Part shown: positions 10,850 through 19,491 of the stretch, one piece after another
Layout: every line of letters begins with the position of its first letter
Numbering within the stretch: the first letter of the stretch is position 1
Assembly: GCA_012517635.1 (NCBI GenBank)
Contig: JAAYUP010000058.1
Coordinates: 1 to 37,212, forward strand
Direction: 5' to 3'
DNA from: Candidatus Atribacter alterifermentans
Lineage (GTDB): Bacteria > Atribacterota > Atribacteria > Atribacterales > Atribacteraceae
DNA: 37,212 nucleotides
Made by a program: the position numbers and the translations under genes
The notes under the pieces: generated by a model
Seen by the model: only the letters and a program-made list of their open reading frames with translations
Databases searched by the model: none
Told to the model about the DNA's origin: nothing

Positions 10850-11362
10850 ATGAAACTTCAAATTAAAAAGCTAGTATTAGCCGGCGTTTTAGGAGCAATT
10901 TCTATTGTTCTTAGCGTAACTCCAATTGGGTTAATCCCAGTTCCAAATCTCTCAGGATCAGCAACGACTATGCATATACCGGCAATTGTCGGTGGAATAA
11001 TAGGTGGTCCATTCGTTGGTGCTTTGGTTGGGCTTTTTCTTGCTTTTGCTACTATGAATTTGTTCTTCGCCATGGGAGTTAATCTCCTTGCCTGTTTTAT
11101 CCCACGAATATTAATCGGTGTGGTAGCATATTATATTTGGATTGGTTTAAAAAAGGGGAATATTGGTATTTTTGTGTCAAGCTTAGGAGCTACTTTTGTT
11201 AATACGATAGGAGTCTTAGGTTTAGCTGTTTTGTTTGGAAATTTTACTTTACAACAGATAACACCAATTATTGCTTTAAATGGAACATTAGAATTGATTT
11301 TTTCAGCGGTTATTGTTCTTCCTTTGGTCAAAATACTCCAACGCCAATTTCCACCAAAATGA
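10850..11362 (+). CDS. panT: ECF transporter S component, PanT-like (pantothenate)
   Basis: Small, highly hydrophobic protein with TPIGLIPVP..SATTMHIPAIVG...GP, PRILIG and NTIGVL; next gene is coaX. Confidence 0.75.
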   Translation: MKLQIKKLVLAGVLGAISIVLSVTPIGLIPVPNLSGSATTMHIPAIVGGIIGGPFVGALVGLFLAFATMNLFFAMGVNLLACFIPRILIGVVAYYIWIGLKKGNIGIFVSSLGATFVNTIGVLGLAVLFGNFTLQQITPIIALNGTLELIFSAVIVLPLVKILQRQFPPK

Positions 11363-11405
11363 GAATTTTTAAGTTTTTCTTTTAATGCCATTGGCTTTTT
11401 ACCGA

Positions 11406-11457
11406 CTTTACAGGATAAACCTTTATGCCACGTTGCAGCACCAGTTGAGGATGAAAA
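11406..11457 (+). repeat. Dispersed ~52-bp structured repeat, copy 1
   Basis: 45/52 identical to the reverse complement of 35958-36009 (hand alignment). Confidence 0.85.
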
Positions 11458-11466
11458 TAAATTGCT

Positions 11467-11630
11467 CCTTCGCCCTAATTCTCTTCCACCAAGGGGCGAA
11501 GGAAAAAATGAGTAAAAGAATGAGGTAGTTCCTTCTCCCTTGATGGGAGAAGGTAAGGATGAGGGTGAAAGCCCAGGATTCGACATGCCATGGCAGGTCA
11601 CTCCATGAATCGGGCGCAATACATTGCGCC
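11467..11630. repeat. Cluster of GC-rich REP-like palindromes
   Basis: CCTTCGCCC...GGGCGAAGG; CCTTCTCCC-TTGAT-GGGAGAAGG; GACATGCCATGGCAGGTC; GGCGCAAT-AC-ATTGCGCC. Confidence 0.7.
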
Positions 11631-11773
11631 TCCTCCTTTTTTTAATTCTTTGTTAGGACTCGATACATAAATCTCAAAAATGGACTTACGGGATAGCGAA
11701 TATGATTAATGCATGGTATTTTAGAGAAAACATTATTGTATTATAATGCTATATAATATACTAAGGTGGTGAA

Positions 11774-12553
11774 TTGAATAAGAACATGCTTTTAGCTATA
11801 GATGTTGGAAATACCCATACCACTTTTGGAATTTTTCATAAAGAAAAACTTCTTGCTGATTGGAGAGTTTCGACTTCCTCACGTCGAACTAGTGATGAAT
11901 GGGGGTACATTTTAAAAGAACTCATAACCGATCAAGGCATCGAGAAAAAAAACATTAATCAAGTGGCAATATCCTGCGTGGTTCCTCCAGTCCTCAATAC
12001 TCTTCATGAACTATTTGAAAAGAAATGGATAAATGCATTAATGGTGATCGGTCCAGGAGTTCGTACTGGTTTATCTATAAGAGCGGAACCAAAAGAAACC
12101 GGTGCTGATCGAATTGTTAATGCTGTAGCAGCTGCACATCTTTATGGTGGTGATTTGGTGATAATCGATTTTGGAACAGCAACTACTTTTTGTGCTATTA
12201 ATGCCAATCGTGAATATTTGGGAGGATCAATTGCTCCAGGAATAGGAATTTCTCAAGAAGCTCTCTATGAAAAAACTGCCCGTTTACCTCGAATTGATAT
12301 TGAAATACCGGATAAATGTATTGGGCGTAATACGGTTGAGGCAATGCATTCAGGCATTTTTTATGGGTATATCGGATTGTGTAGAGAAATTGTTCTGAAT
12401 ATGAAAAAAGAATTTGCTCCAAAAGCACGGGTTGTTGCTACTGGAGGATGGGGAACATTTCTCCATAGTTATTGTGATTTTATTGATTTTTTTAATCCAA
12501 CACTGACCCTTGAAGGTTTGAGAATTATTCATGAACTTAATCAAAAGTCATGA
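11774..12553 (+). CDS. coaX: Type III pantothenate kinase
   Basis: LLAIDVGNT, GADRIVNA, IIDFGTATT, GGSIAPG, VATGG, LTLEGL. Confidence 0.95.
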   Translation: MNKNMLLAIDVGNTHTTFGIFHKEKLLADWRVSTSSRRTSDEWGYILKELITDQGIEKKNINQVAISCVVPPVLNTLHELFEKKWINALMVIGPGVRTGLSIRAEPKETGADRIVNAVAAAHLYGGDLVIIDFGTATTFCAINANREYLGGSIAPGIGISQEALYEKTARLPRIDIEIPDKCIGRNTVEAMHSGIFYGYIGLCREIVLNMKKEFAPKARVVATGGWGTFLHSYCDFIDFFNPTLTLEGLRIIHELNQKS

Positions 12554-12890
12554 AAATGTAAAAGACATTGCAATACTGGGAGATCAAACTCGTCTGGATG
12601 GTCACTATCAAGGTGAGGGAACGGTCATGATTCAGGGCGAATTTCATGGATCTATTGATTCAATGAATATCATTATTACCCGACATGGACAATCAAATGC
12701 ATTTATCCAGGCAAAAAACTTAGAAATTTGGGGAACTTTAGCCGGTTTTACTCGAACAGAAAAGGTTATTTGTCGTAGTTCATGCCGAATAACGGGAATA
12801 ATTATGTCAAATGGAATTGCCATAGAACCTGGAACTACGTTTGAGGGTGGATTAACATTCCCCCAAACTGGTGATAGTGGTGAAAAGTAA
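12531..12890 (+). CDS. Bactofilin (polymer-forming cytoskeletal protein)
   Basis: Beta-helix pattern ILG..T...G......V.IQG.F.G.I ... I.G...G ... IEPG..FEG. Confidence 0.75.
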   Translation: MNLIKSHENVKDIAILGDQTRLDGHYQGEGTVMIQGEFHGSIDSMNIIITRHGQSNAFIQAKNLEIWGTLAGFTRTEKVICRSSCRITGIIMSNGIAIEPGTTFEGGLTFPQTGDSGEK

Positions 12891-13785
12891 AACAATCGTA
12901 AGTGTGAGTTTAGGGTCTTCGCTTCGCAATCACCAAGCTGAAATTGAATTATTGGATTTTAGAATTCATATTAAAAGAATAGGCGTTGATGGTGATAAAA
13001 AAAAGTTTATACAAATTTTAAAGGAGTTAGATGGCAAAGTTGATGCATTTGGTTTGGGTGGTGCTGACCTTTACTTACGGGCTGGACGGTATAAATACCA
13101 GGTGGTTGATATTGCTAAAATGGTTTCAGTTTTAGAAAAAACTCCAATTGTTGATGGCGGAGAACTTAAAGAAACCTGGGAAAGAAAGGTTCCACAAATT
13201 TTGGTCGAAAAGGAAAAAATGGATTTACATGGAAAAGTCGCGCTTTTTATGAGTGGGATGGATCGTTATGGATTAGCAGAAGGACTTTCTCAACAGGGTT
13301 GTCGACTTTTAATTGGTGATATGCCTTTTGCGTTAGGAATTCCCATCCCTTTAACTCGGCTTTCAACTCTTCGCTTTCTTTCCATTCTTATGATGCCAGT
13401 GCTAAGACGACTTCCATTGAAAGTTTTATATCCAACCGGAAAAAATCAAGAAGTACGAGTTTCTCGGTCTCCTCATCTTTTTAAAAGAGCCGATATTATA
13501 GCTGGTGACTTTTTATATATTAATCGATTTATGCCGGATGATATGAATGGGAAGATTATTATAACTAACACAGTCACAAATAATGATATTGAAACTCTTC
13601 GGAAGTTTGGAGTGAAAATACTCGTTACAACTACTCCTGAGATGAATGGGCGTTCTTTTGGTGCGAATGTTCTTCAAGCAATATTTGTTTCAATTCTTGA
13701 GAAGCGTCCTGAAAAAATTTTGCCTGAAGAATATTTACATTTAATGGATGTCTTAAAAATTCAACCTCGAGTGCTTTATTTATAA
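12871..13785 (+). CDS. Conserved protein of unknown function (family often auto-labelled 'quinate 5-dehydrogenase')
   Basis: VSVSLGSS.R, LDGKVDAFGLGG.D, TPIVDG..LK, IIAGDF.YI, IITNT, TTTP...GRSFG.NV. Family recognised from memory; function unproven. Confidence 0.6.
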   Translation: MIVVKSKTIVSVSLGSSLRNHQAEIELLDFRIHIKRIGVDGDKKKFIQILKELDGKVDAFGLGGADLYLRAGRYKYQVVDIAKMVSVLEKTPIVDGGELKETWERKVPQILVEKEKMDLHGKVALFMSGMDRYGLAEGLSQQGCRLLIGDMPFALGIPIPLTRLSTLRFLSILMMPVLRRLPLKVLYPTGKNQEVRVSRSPHLFKRADIIAGDFLYINRFMPDDMNGKIIITNTVTNNDIETLRKFGVKILVTTTPEMNGRSFGANVLQAIFVSILEKRPEKILPEEYLHLMDVLKIQPRVLYL

Positions 13786-13871
13786 AAAAATCCATTCGAA
13801 AATTCTTGAACTACGATTGGGTTTATTGAAAAAGGGGATGTAAATAATGAAAACCACGGAGGGATCGACAA

Positions 13872-15134
13872 GTGGATGAAAAAAAGATCGTGGAAGAAAC
13901 GATTGAGAAATATGCTAAATATATTAATCCTGGCTTAGCTCGATATTACAAATTTGCCCAACTTGATACGGTAGAATGGACAAGCGCTGGTTCAAAGGTA
14001 TGGGATGTCTACGGCAATGAATATATTGATTGTTTAGGTGGATTTGGGGTATTCAATGTTGGAAGAAATCACCCCCGAGTTATTCAAGCCATAAAAGAGC
14101 AATTGGAGAGGCTTCCTCTTTCCACTCGCACCCTATTTAATAAACATCAAGCCGATTTAGCCGAAATGTTAGCTCAGATAACTCCTGGCAATCTTCAATA
14201 CTCATTTTTTGGTAATAGTGGGACAGAAGCAGTGGAAGGTGCTTTAAAGTTAGCCCGTTTTTATACCGGCAGAAAAAAACTAATTTCGGCAGAAAATAGT
14301 TTTCATGGTAAAACCATGGGTTCATTAAGTCTTTCAGGGCGGGAGGTTTATAAAAAGCCTTTTTTACCTTGTCTACCAGAAGTATTTCACGTTCCTTTTA
14401 ATGATATCGATGCCTTAAAACAATTGGTAGACAGAGAAACTGCTGCGGTTATATTAGAGCCGATACAGGGTGAAGGTGGTATTAATATTCCATCACCCGA
14501 TTATTTAAAGCACGTGAAATCAATTTGTGAAAAACAGGGAGCTTTACTTATTTTGGATGAAATCCAAACTGGATTGGGTCGAACTGGAAAGATGTTTGCT
14601 TGTGAGCATTTTGATGTGGTACCAGATATAATGACTCTTGCTAAGGGATTAGGTGGTGGCGTGCTCCCCATTGGAGCGTTCATCAGTACTGCTGAGATTT
14701 GGAAAGTATTTGAAAAAAACCCCTTTATTCATTCTTCAACTTTAGGGGGGAATCCTCTTAGCTGTGTTGCTGGATTAGAAACCTTAAAAATCCTTCAAGA
14801 AGAAAATATACCCGAATTAACCAGGATTAAAGGTCAGAAAGCCTTGCAGCGCCTTAGTGAGATTCAAGCTGAGTCACAGGGAATGATTCAGGAAGTGAGA
14901 GGGATGGGTTTATTGATTGGCATCCAATTCGGAGACCCCGATATTGCATCTTTAGTAGCTATGGAAATGGCCCACCGCCATGTTTTGGTGGCTTATACTC
15001 TTAATAATCCAGCGGTCATTCGTATAGAACCTCCCTTGACTATATCTTATGAAGAGCTTGAGATGGCTTTATCGAGACTGACCGAATCCTTGATCTCAGT
15101 GCGAGCATTATTGGATGAGATAGGGGGAGATTAA
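13872..15134 (+). CDS. Class-III PLP aminotransferase (PatA/ArgD-like omega-transaminase)
   Basis: [55 protein letters not shown] (PLP lysine). Confidence 0.92.
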   Translation: MDEKKIVEETIEKYAKYINPGLARYYKFAQLDTVEWTSAGSKVWDVYGNEYIDCLGGFGVFNVGRNHPRVIQAIKEQLERLPLSTRTLFNKHQADLAEMLAQITPGNLQYSFFGNSGTEAVEGALKLARFYTGRKKLISAENSFHGKTMGSLSLSGREVYKKPFLPCLPEVFHVPFNDIDALKQLVDRETAAVILEPIQGEGGINIPSPDYLKHVKSICEKQGALLILDEIQTGLGRTGKMFACEHFDVVPDIMTLAKGLGGGVLPIGAFISTAEIWKVFEKNPFIHSSTLGGNPLSCVAGLETLKILQEENIPELTRIKGQKALQRLSEIQAESQGMIQEVRGMGLLIGIQFGDPDIASLVAMEMAHRHVLVAYTLNNPAVIRIEPPLTISYEELEMALSRLTESLISVRALLDEIGGD

Positions 15135-15139
15135 AAACC

Positions 15140-15580
15140 ATGGGAAAAGTAAAAGATGTTATTATCATTCAGCAATCAGCCAATAAGGTTTTTCTTGAAG
15201 CTCAAAATATTGAGCAATTAGCAAAATTTCTTCCCGATCTTCAAGAAGTGAAAGTTCTTAAAAAAAATAGCAATGAGGTTGATAGTTTTTGGAAAGGTAG
15301 TTTTCAGGGAAGAGAAGTAAAGTGGACTGAGCGAGATATTTGGGATGAAACCAATAAAGAATGCCGTTTCTTTATATTAGAAGGAGATTTTAAGGTCTAC
15401 CAGGGAATATGGAAATTTATTCCATTATCCGATAAGGAGACAAGAGTAGAACTTGAGATCGAATATGATTTAGGACTTCCATTGGTTGGGGCTTTAATCA
15501 ATACTTTTCTCAAAAAGAAAATGCTCGAGAATACTCAAGCAATGCTAAAAGCCTTAAAGCAAATGATCGAACAAAGATAA
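15140..15580 (+). CDS. SRPBCC/START (cyclase/dehydrase, lipid-binding) domain protein
   Basis: 146 aa with F.PD...V.V, W.E.D.WD, EGDF....G.W.F and a long C-terminal helix. Confidence 0.8.
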   Translation: MGKVKDVIIIQQSANKVFLEAQNIEQLAKFLPDLQEVKVLKKNSNEVDSFWKGSFQGREVKWTERDIWDETNKECRFFILEGDFKVYQGIWKFIPLSDKETRVELEIEYDLGLPLVGALINTFLKKKMLENTQAMLKALKQMIEQR

Positions 15581-15835
15581 TTCTGGTTTGCTAAAGAAAA
15601 GATGAAGTTAAAGAATGTGGTCTCAAACTGATTCAATTTATTTTCAGTGAAAGTGTAACGCTTATTTTTAAAGAAAGATTATCCTACAAGCTAAGTAAGA
15701 ATAAAGGGGATTTGAAGAAGAAAATAAGAAGGTTTAAAGATATAATTTCTACAGGTCTCAAAGAAATCTACAAAAATTACTCTCATTTTTAAGTTTTTGG
15801 CTCATCACAGTATTGGAAGATTGAAGGTGAATTTC

Positions 15836-16900
15836 ATGGATAGCTTTGCTTTTATAATCCATGCAATGGATGTCCAAGATATCAAAGATCATAAAAAAAT
15901 ACTCCGTGTTTTACCTAACCGGTCGGTAGAGTATCTTGCTTCACATATTTCACCATTTGTTCTCTCCCATGTTACTGGCGTTCGCTCACAAGAAACTGGA
16001 AAGGAAATCGAAGGTTGGTTTGTGGGTCTTCCCATGACTTCAAGGGTTCTCATCGAGTACCCATTTTCTTTTGTATCGAAGCAAATCCATAAATGTGGTC
16101 TATTAGCAGAAAAGCTTGGGGCTAAAATTATTGGCTTAGGTGCCTTTACCTCAGTAGCCGGTGATGGAGGCATAACTCCAAAAAAAGGTTTAAAAATTGC
16201 CGTTACGACTGGCAATAGTTATACTGTAGCCACTGCCTTGGAAGCAACTGTGATGGCAGCACAAAAAATGTCGATCGATTTTATTGATGAAGAATATGCA
16301 ATTGTTGGTGCTACCGGCTCAATTGGAAGAGCCTGTGCCCTCATTTTAGCACAGGAAAAAAAGAAAGTGAGGGTTATAGGGCGGGATCAAGAAAAGGTGA
16401 AGAATGTCCAACGGGAAGTTGAGCAGTTTTCTTTTCATCCAGTGAAGGGATTTACCGATATTGAACAGGGAATCAAAGGATGTCGAATTATTTTAACCGT
16501 TACCTCAGCCATAGAAACAATAGTTCAAAGTCAGTGGATTGAGCGAGGAGCTGTTGTTTGCGATGTGTCAAGGCCCCGAAATGTAGCCAAAGAAATCATG
16601 CAGTCCCGAAAGGATATTTTAGTTATTGAAGGTGGAATTGTCGATGTGCCTGGCAAACCCGATTTTGGAATGAATTTTGGATATCCACCGGGCAAGGCTT
16701 ATGCTTGTATGTCAGAAACGATGATCCTCACATTAGAAGGTCGATTTGAAGATTATACTCTTGGTAAAGAAGTCCAAGTTGAACGTGTGAAAGAAATAAG
16801 TAATCTTGCTTTAAAACATGGTTTTAAGGTATCAGGAATTCGTAGCTTTGATAAAGAATTGACCGATGAAGAAATCGAGATGATTAAAAAAGCTATTTAA
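15836..16900 (+). CDS. Acyl-ACP/acyl-CoA reductase-like protein (homologous to the cyanobacterial aldehyde-forming AAR)
   Basis: FAFIIH, GLGAFTS, TTGNSYT, VGATGSIG, DVSRPRN and YACMSETM..LEG....YTLG, which carries the catalytic Cys equivalent. ATG 15836 follows GAAGGTGA. Confidence 0.8.
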   Translation: MDSFAFIIHAMDVQDIKDHKKILRVLPNRSVEYLASHISPFVLSHVTGVRSQETGKEIEGWFVGLPMTSRVLIEYPFSFVSKQIHKCGLLAEKLGAKIIGLGAFTSVAGDGGITPKKGLKIAVTTGNSYTVATALEATVMAAQKMSIDFIDEEYAIVGATGSIGRACALILAQEKKKVRVIGRDQEKVKNVQREVEQFSFHPVKGFTDIEQGIKGCRIILTVTSAIETIVQSQWIERGAVVCDVSRPRNVAKEIMQSRKDILVIEGGIVDVPGKPDFGMNFGYPPGKAYACMSETMILTLEGRFEDYTLGKEVQVERVKEISNLALKHGFKVSGIRSFDKELTDEEIEMIKKAI

Positions 16901-16944
16901 TTCATGAATGGGTTTCAGAAAAATTAATAAGGAGGATAATTAAT

Positions 16945-18210
16945 ATGACTTCTCGAGAGAGAATTTTAGCCGCAATCAATCACAAAACTCCAGATAAAAT
17001 TCCTTTGGACTTGGGATCAACGCTCATCAGTGGTATTCATGTAAGTAGTCTTCATAAGCTCAAAGTTGCCTTGGGATTAATAAAGGAAAATGAACCGGTG
17101 AAGGTCTATGACCCCTTTCAAATGCTTGGGGAAGTAGACGATGATCTCCGTGATGTATTGGGAATTGATACAGTTCCATTGCCATCTATAAAAAATTTTT
17201 TTGGTTTTAAAAATGAAAACTGGAAACCATGGACTTTTTTTGATGGGACACCGGTTTTAGTTCCGGAAAAATTTAATACCATACCAGAACCAAACGGTGA
17301 CATTCTTCAGTACCCTGAAGGGGATCGATCAGTACCAGCTTCGATGAGAATGCCAAAAGATGGATTTTATCATGATTCTATTATACGGCAAAAGCCAATA
17401 CGCGATGATTCAGAGCTAAAAGTGGAAGACCAAATCGAAGAATATTCAATAATGAGCGATGAAGACTTGGCTTATTATCAAAAAGAAGCATATAGACTTT
17501 ATGAAGAAACTGATCGTGCGGTTATTTTTGGTGGGGTGCCAGGAACCAATTTGGGTGATATTGCTTTGGTACCCGGACCAGGGATGAAAAATCCTCGGGG
17601 AATTCGAGATGTTGAGGAATGGTATATTTCCCTCATGACTCGTAAGGATTTTTTAAAAGAAGTATTTTCACGGATGACTGAAATTGGTTTAAAAAATCTA
17701 AAACTCATGCATGAGGCAGTAGGTGAAAAAATTCAAGTCATAGTTCTTTCAGGTACTGATTTTGGATCCCAAAATTGTCCGTTTATTTCACCAAGCCTTT
17801 ATCGAGAGCTTTTTAAACCTTTCCATAAAGAAATGAATCAATGGATTCATAAAAACACCCAATGGAAAGTGTTTATACATACCTGTGGATCCGTTTATGA
17901 TCTTCTTCCTGATTTTAAAGAGGCTGGTTTTGATATTCTTAATCCAGTTCAAATTTCTGCAGCCAAAATGGATCCGAAAGAGCTTAAAGAACATTTTGGT
18001 TCAGACTTTACATTTTGGGGAGGAGGAGTGAATCCTCAATCAACTCTTCCCTTTGGTTCTCCTGAGGATGTTCGTCAAGAAGTCAGATATTTGATCAATA
18101 CCTTCAAACCTAATGGGGGGTTTGTTTTTGCTAATGTCCATAATATTCAAGCAAAAATTCCAGTAGAAAATTTACTCGCTTTTTTCGAAGCTTTTCAGGA
18201 AAACCGTTAA
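16945..18210 (+). CDS. Uroporphyrinogen decarboxylase/MtaA-CmuA methyltransferase-family protein
   Basis: MTSRERI...H..PD..P.D, GTDFGSQ, HTCGS, LNPVQ, FWGGG, GGFVF..VHNIQ. Confidence 0.85.
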   Translation: MTSRERILAAINHKTPDKIPLDLGSTLISGIHVSSLHKLKVALGLIKENEPVKVYDPFQMLGEVDDDLRDVLGIDTVPLPSIKNFFGFKNENWKPWTFFDGTPVLVPEKFNTIPEPNGDILQYPEGDRSVPASMRMPKDGFYHDSIIRQKPIRDDSELKVEDQIEEYSIMSDEDLAYYQKEAYRLYEETDRAVIFGGVPGTNLGDIALVPGPGMKNPRGIRDVEEWYISLMTRKDFLKEVFSRMTEIGLKNLKLMHEAVGEKIQVIVLSGTDFGSQNCPFISPSLYRELFKPFHKEMNQWIHKNTQWKVFIHTCGSVYDLLPDFKEAGFDILNPVQISAAKMDPKELKEHFGSDFTFWGGGVNPQSTLPFGSPEDVRQEVRYLINTFKPNGGFVFANVHNIQAKIPVENLLAFFEAFQENR

Positions 18211-18386
18211 AAATTAAATGGTATTAAAATTCAATAAGAAATATTCTTATCTTATAAATAAATAGTTAATTAATTAATAAATTGATATAATTATTTATTA
18301 TCATGATAAAATAGAGTTGGGAGGTGGAATCTGAATAATTTAAGATGTTCAGTTTTAGAAAAAAATAAATCGAGGTGGAAAAGAAC

Positions 18387-19358
18387 ATGAAAAAGATGAT
18401 GCTTTTTATCATGATATTAGTAGGTATTTTCAGTTTTATGATTCCAGCGTTTGCTGAAGAAAAATTACCAATTTCTGAACAACTTTATATTGAAGTTTCA
18501 GCATTAGGGAGCTTAGATTATTTTTATGATCATAAATTAGGAATGGAATTAGCTGGTAAATATTTAGGAGTAAAAACTGAATATGTAGGACCAGCTGATT
18601 ATGATATGGCAGCCATGATCACCGCATTTGAACAAGCCATTGCCAAAAAACCCCAGGGGATATTGGTGGTTGGTTTTGAGCCTTCACTCGACGCAATTGT
18701 TGATAAAGCTATTGATGCTGGTATCCCAGTTGTTACACTTGATGCCGATTTGCCAGGTTCAAAAAGAATTGCCTTTGTTGGAACGGGCAATTATCAAGCA
18801 GGTTTTGAGGGAGGTAAAAAGCTAGCTTCTCTCGTTGGCGAAAAAGGAAAAGTTGCAATAATGACCAGACCAGGCCAATCTAATTTGGAAGAGCGAATTG
18901 TTGGATATAAAGATGCTTTGGCTCAATATCCCGATATTGAGATAGTACAGATTGCTGATACTCAGTCAGACCCAACAGTTGCTGCTCAAGCTGCTGCAGC
19001 TCTTCTTCAAAAATACCCAGACTTAGCTGGTATTGGTTGTGTTGAAGCTGCTGGTGGGGCCGGGGCTGCTACCGCGGTTAATGAAGCAGGAAAAGCGGGT
19101 CAGGTTAAGATTGTTTCCATGGATAGAGGAAATGATGTTTTGGAATACATCAAAGACGGGATCATTTCTGCATCGGTCGCTCAGCAGACTGCTTTAATGC
19201 CATTTTATGGTACTCAGATTCTATTTAACCTTTATAATTACGACATTCCAATTTCCAGCGATAATGCAAAAGCTAAGATTTCAGGGGCGCCAGCCGTCAT
19301 AGATACTGGTGTTGTTATTGTAGATGAATCGAATTATGAATATTTTATGAGAGATTAA
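18387..19358 (+). CDS. Sugar ABC transporter substrate-binding protein (RbsB-like)
   Basis: Signal peptide ending AFA-EE, AGIPVVTLD, FVGTGNYQAG, ERIVGY; ATG after GAGGTGG. Confidence 0.9.
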   Translation: MKKMMLFIMILVGIFSFMIPAFAEEKLPISEQLYIEVSALGSLDYFYDHKLGMELAGKYLGVKTEYVGPADYDMAAMITAFEQAIAKKPQGILVVGFEPSLDAIVDKAIDAGIPVVTLDADLPGSKRIAFVGTGNYQAGFEGGKKLASLVGEKGKVAIMTRPGQSNLEERIVGYKDALAQYPDIEIVQIADTQSDPTVAAQAAAALLQKYPDLAGIGCVEAAGGAGAATAVNEAGKAGQVKIVSMDRGNDVLEYIKDGIISASVAQQTALMPFYGTQILFNLYNYDIPISSDNAKAKISGAPAVIDTGVVIVDESNYEYFMRD

Positions 19359-19378
19359 TATAACCAAAGATAAATTGG

Positions 19379-19424
19379 TAATCACAAAGGAGCGTGTATC
19401 CATTATCACGCTCCTTTGTGATTA
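19379..19424 (+). terminator. Long intergenic hairpin after the SBP gene (partial terminator or mRNA stabiliser)
   Basis: TAATCACAAAGGAGCGTG / CACGCTCCTTTGTGATTA perfect 18-bp stem. Confidence 0.75.
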
Positions 19425-19491
19425 TTGGTTATTTATTCGATTGAGGGAAGCGTAGAAATATTAGTGATACTCATCGTTATTGGAGGAATTT

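Noticed and set aside
11131-11619. 162-aa minus-strand ORF
   Set aside because: It is antisense to panT and runs through palindromic repeats; a shadow ORF.
15836-16900. Alkane biosynthesis or shikimate dehydrogenase interpretation
   Set aside because: There is no aldehyde-deformylating oxygenase nearby and no AroE motifs; the neighbouring aminotransferase fits better.
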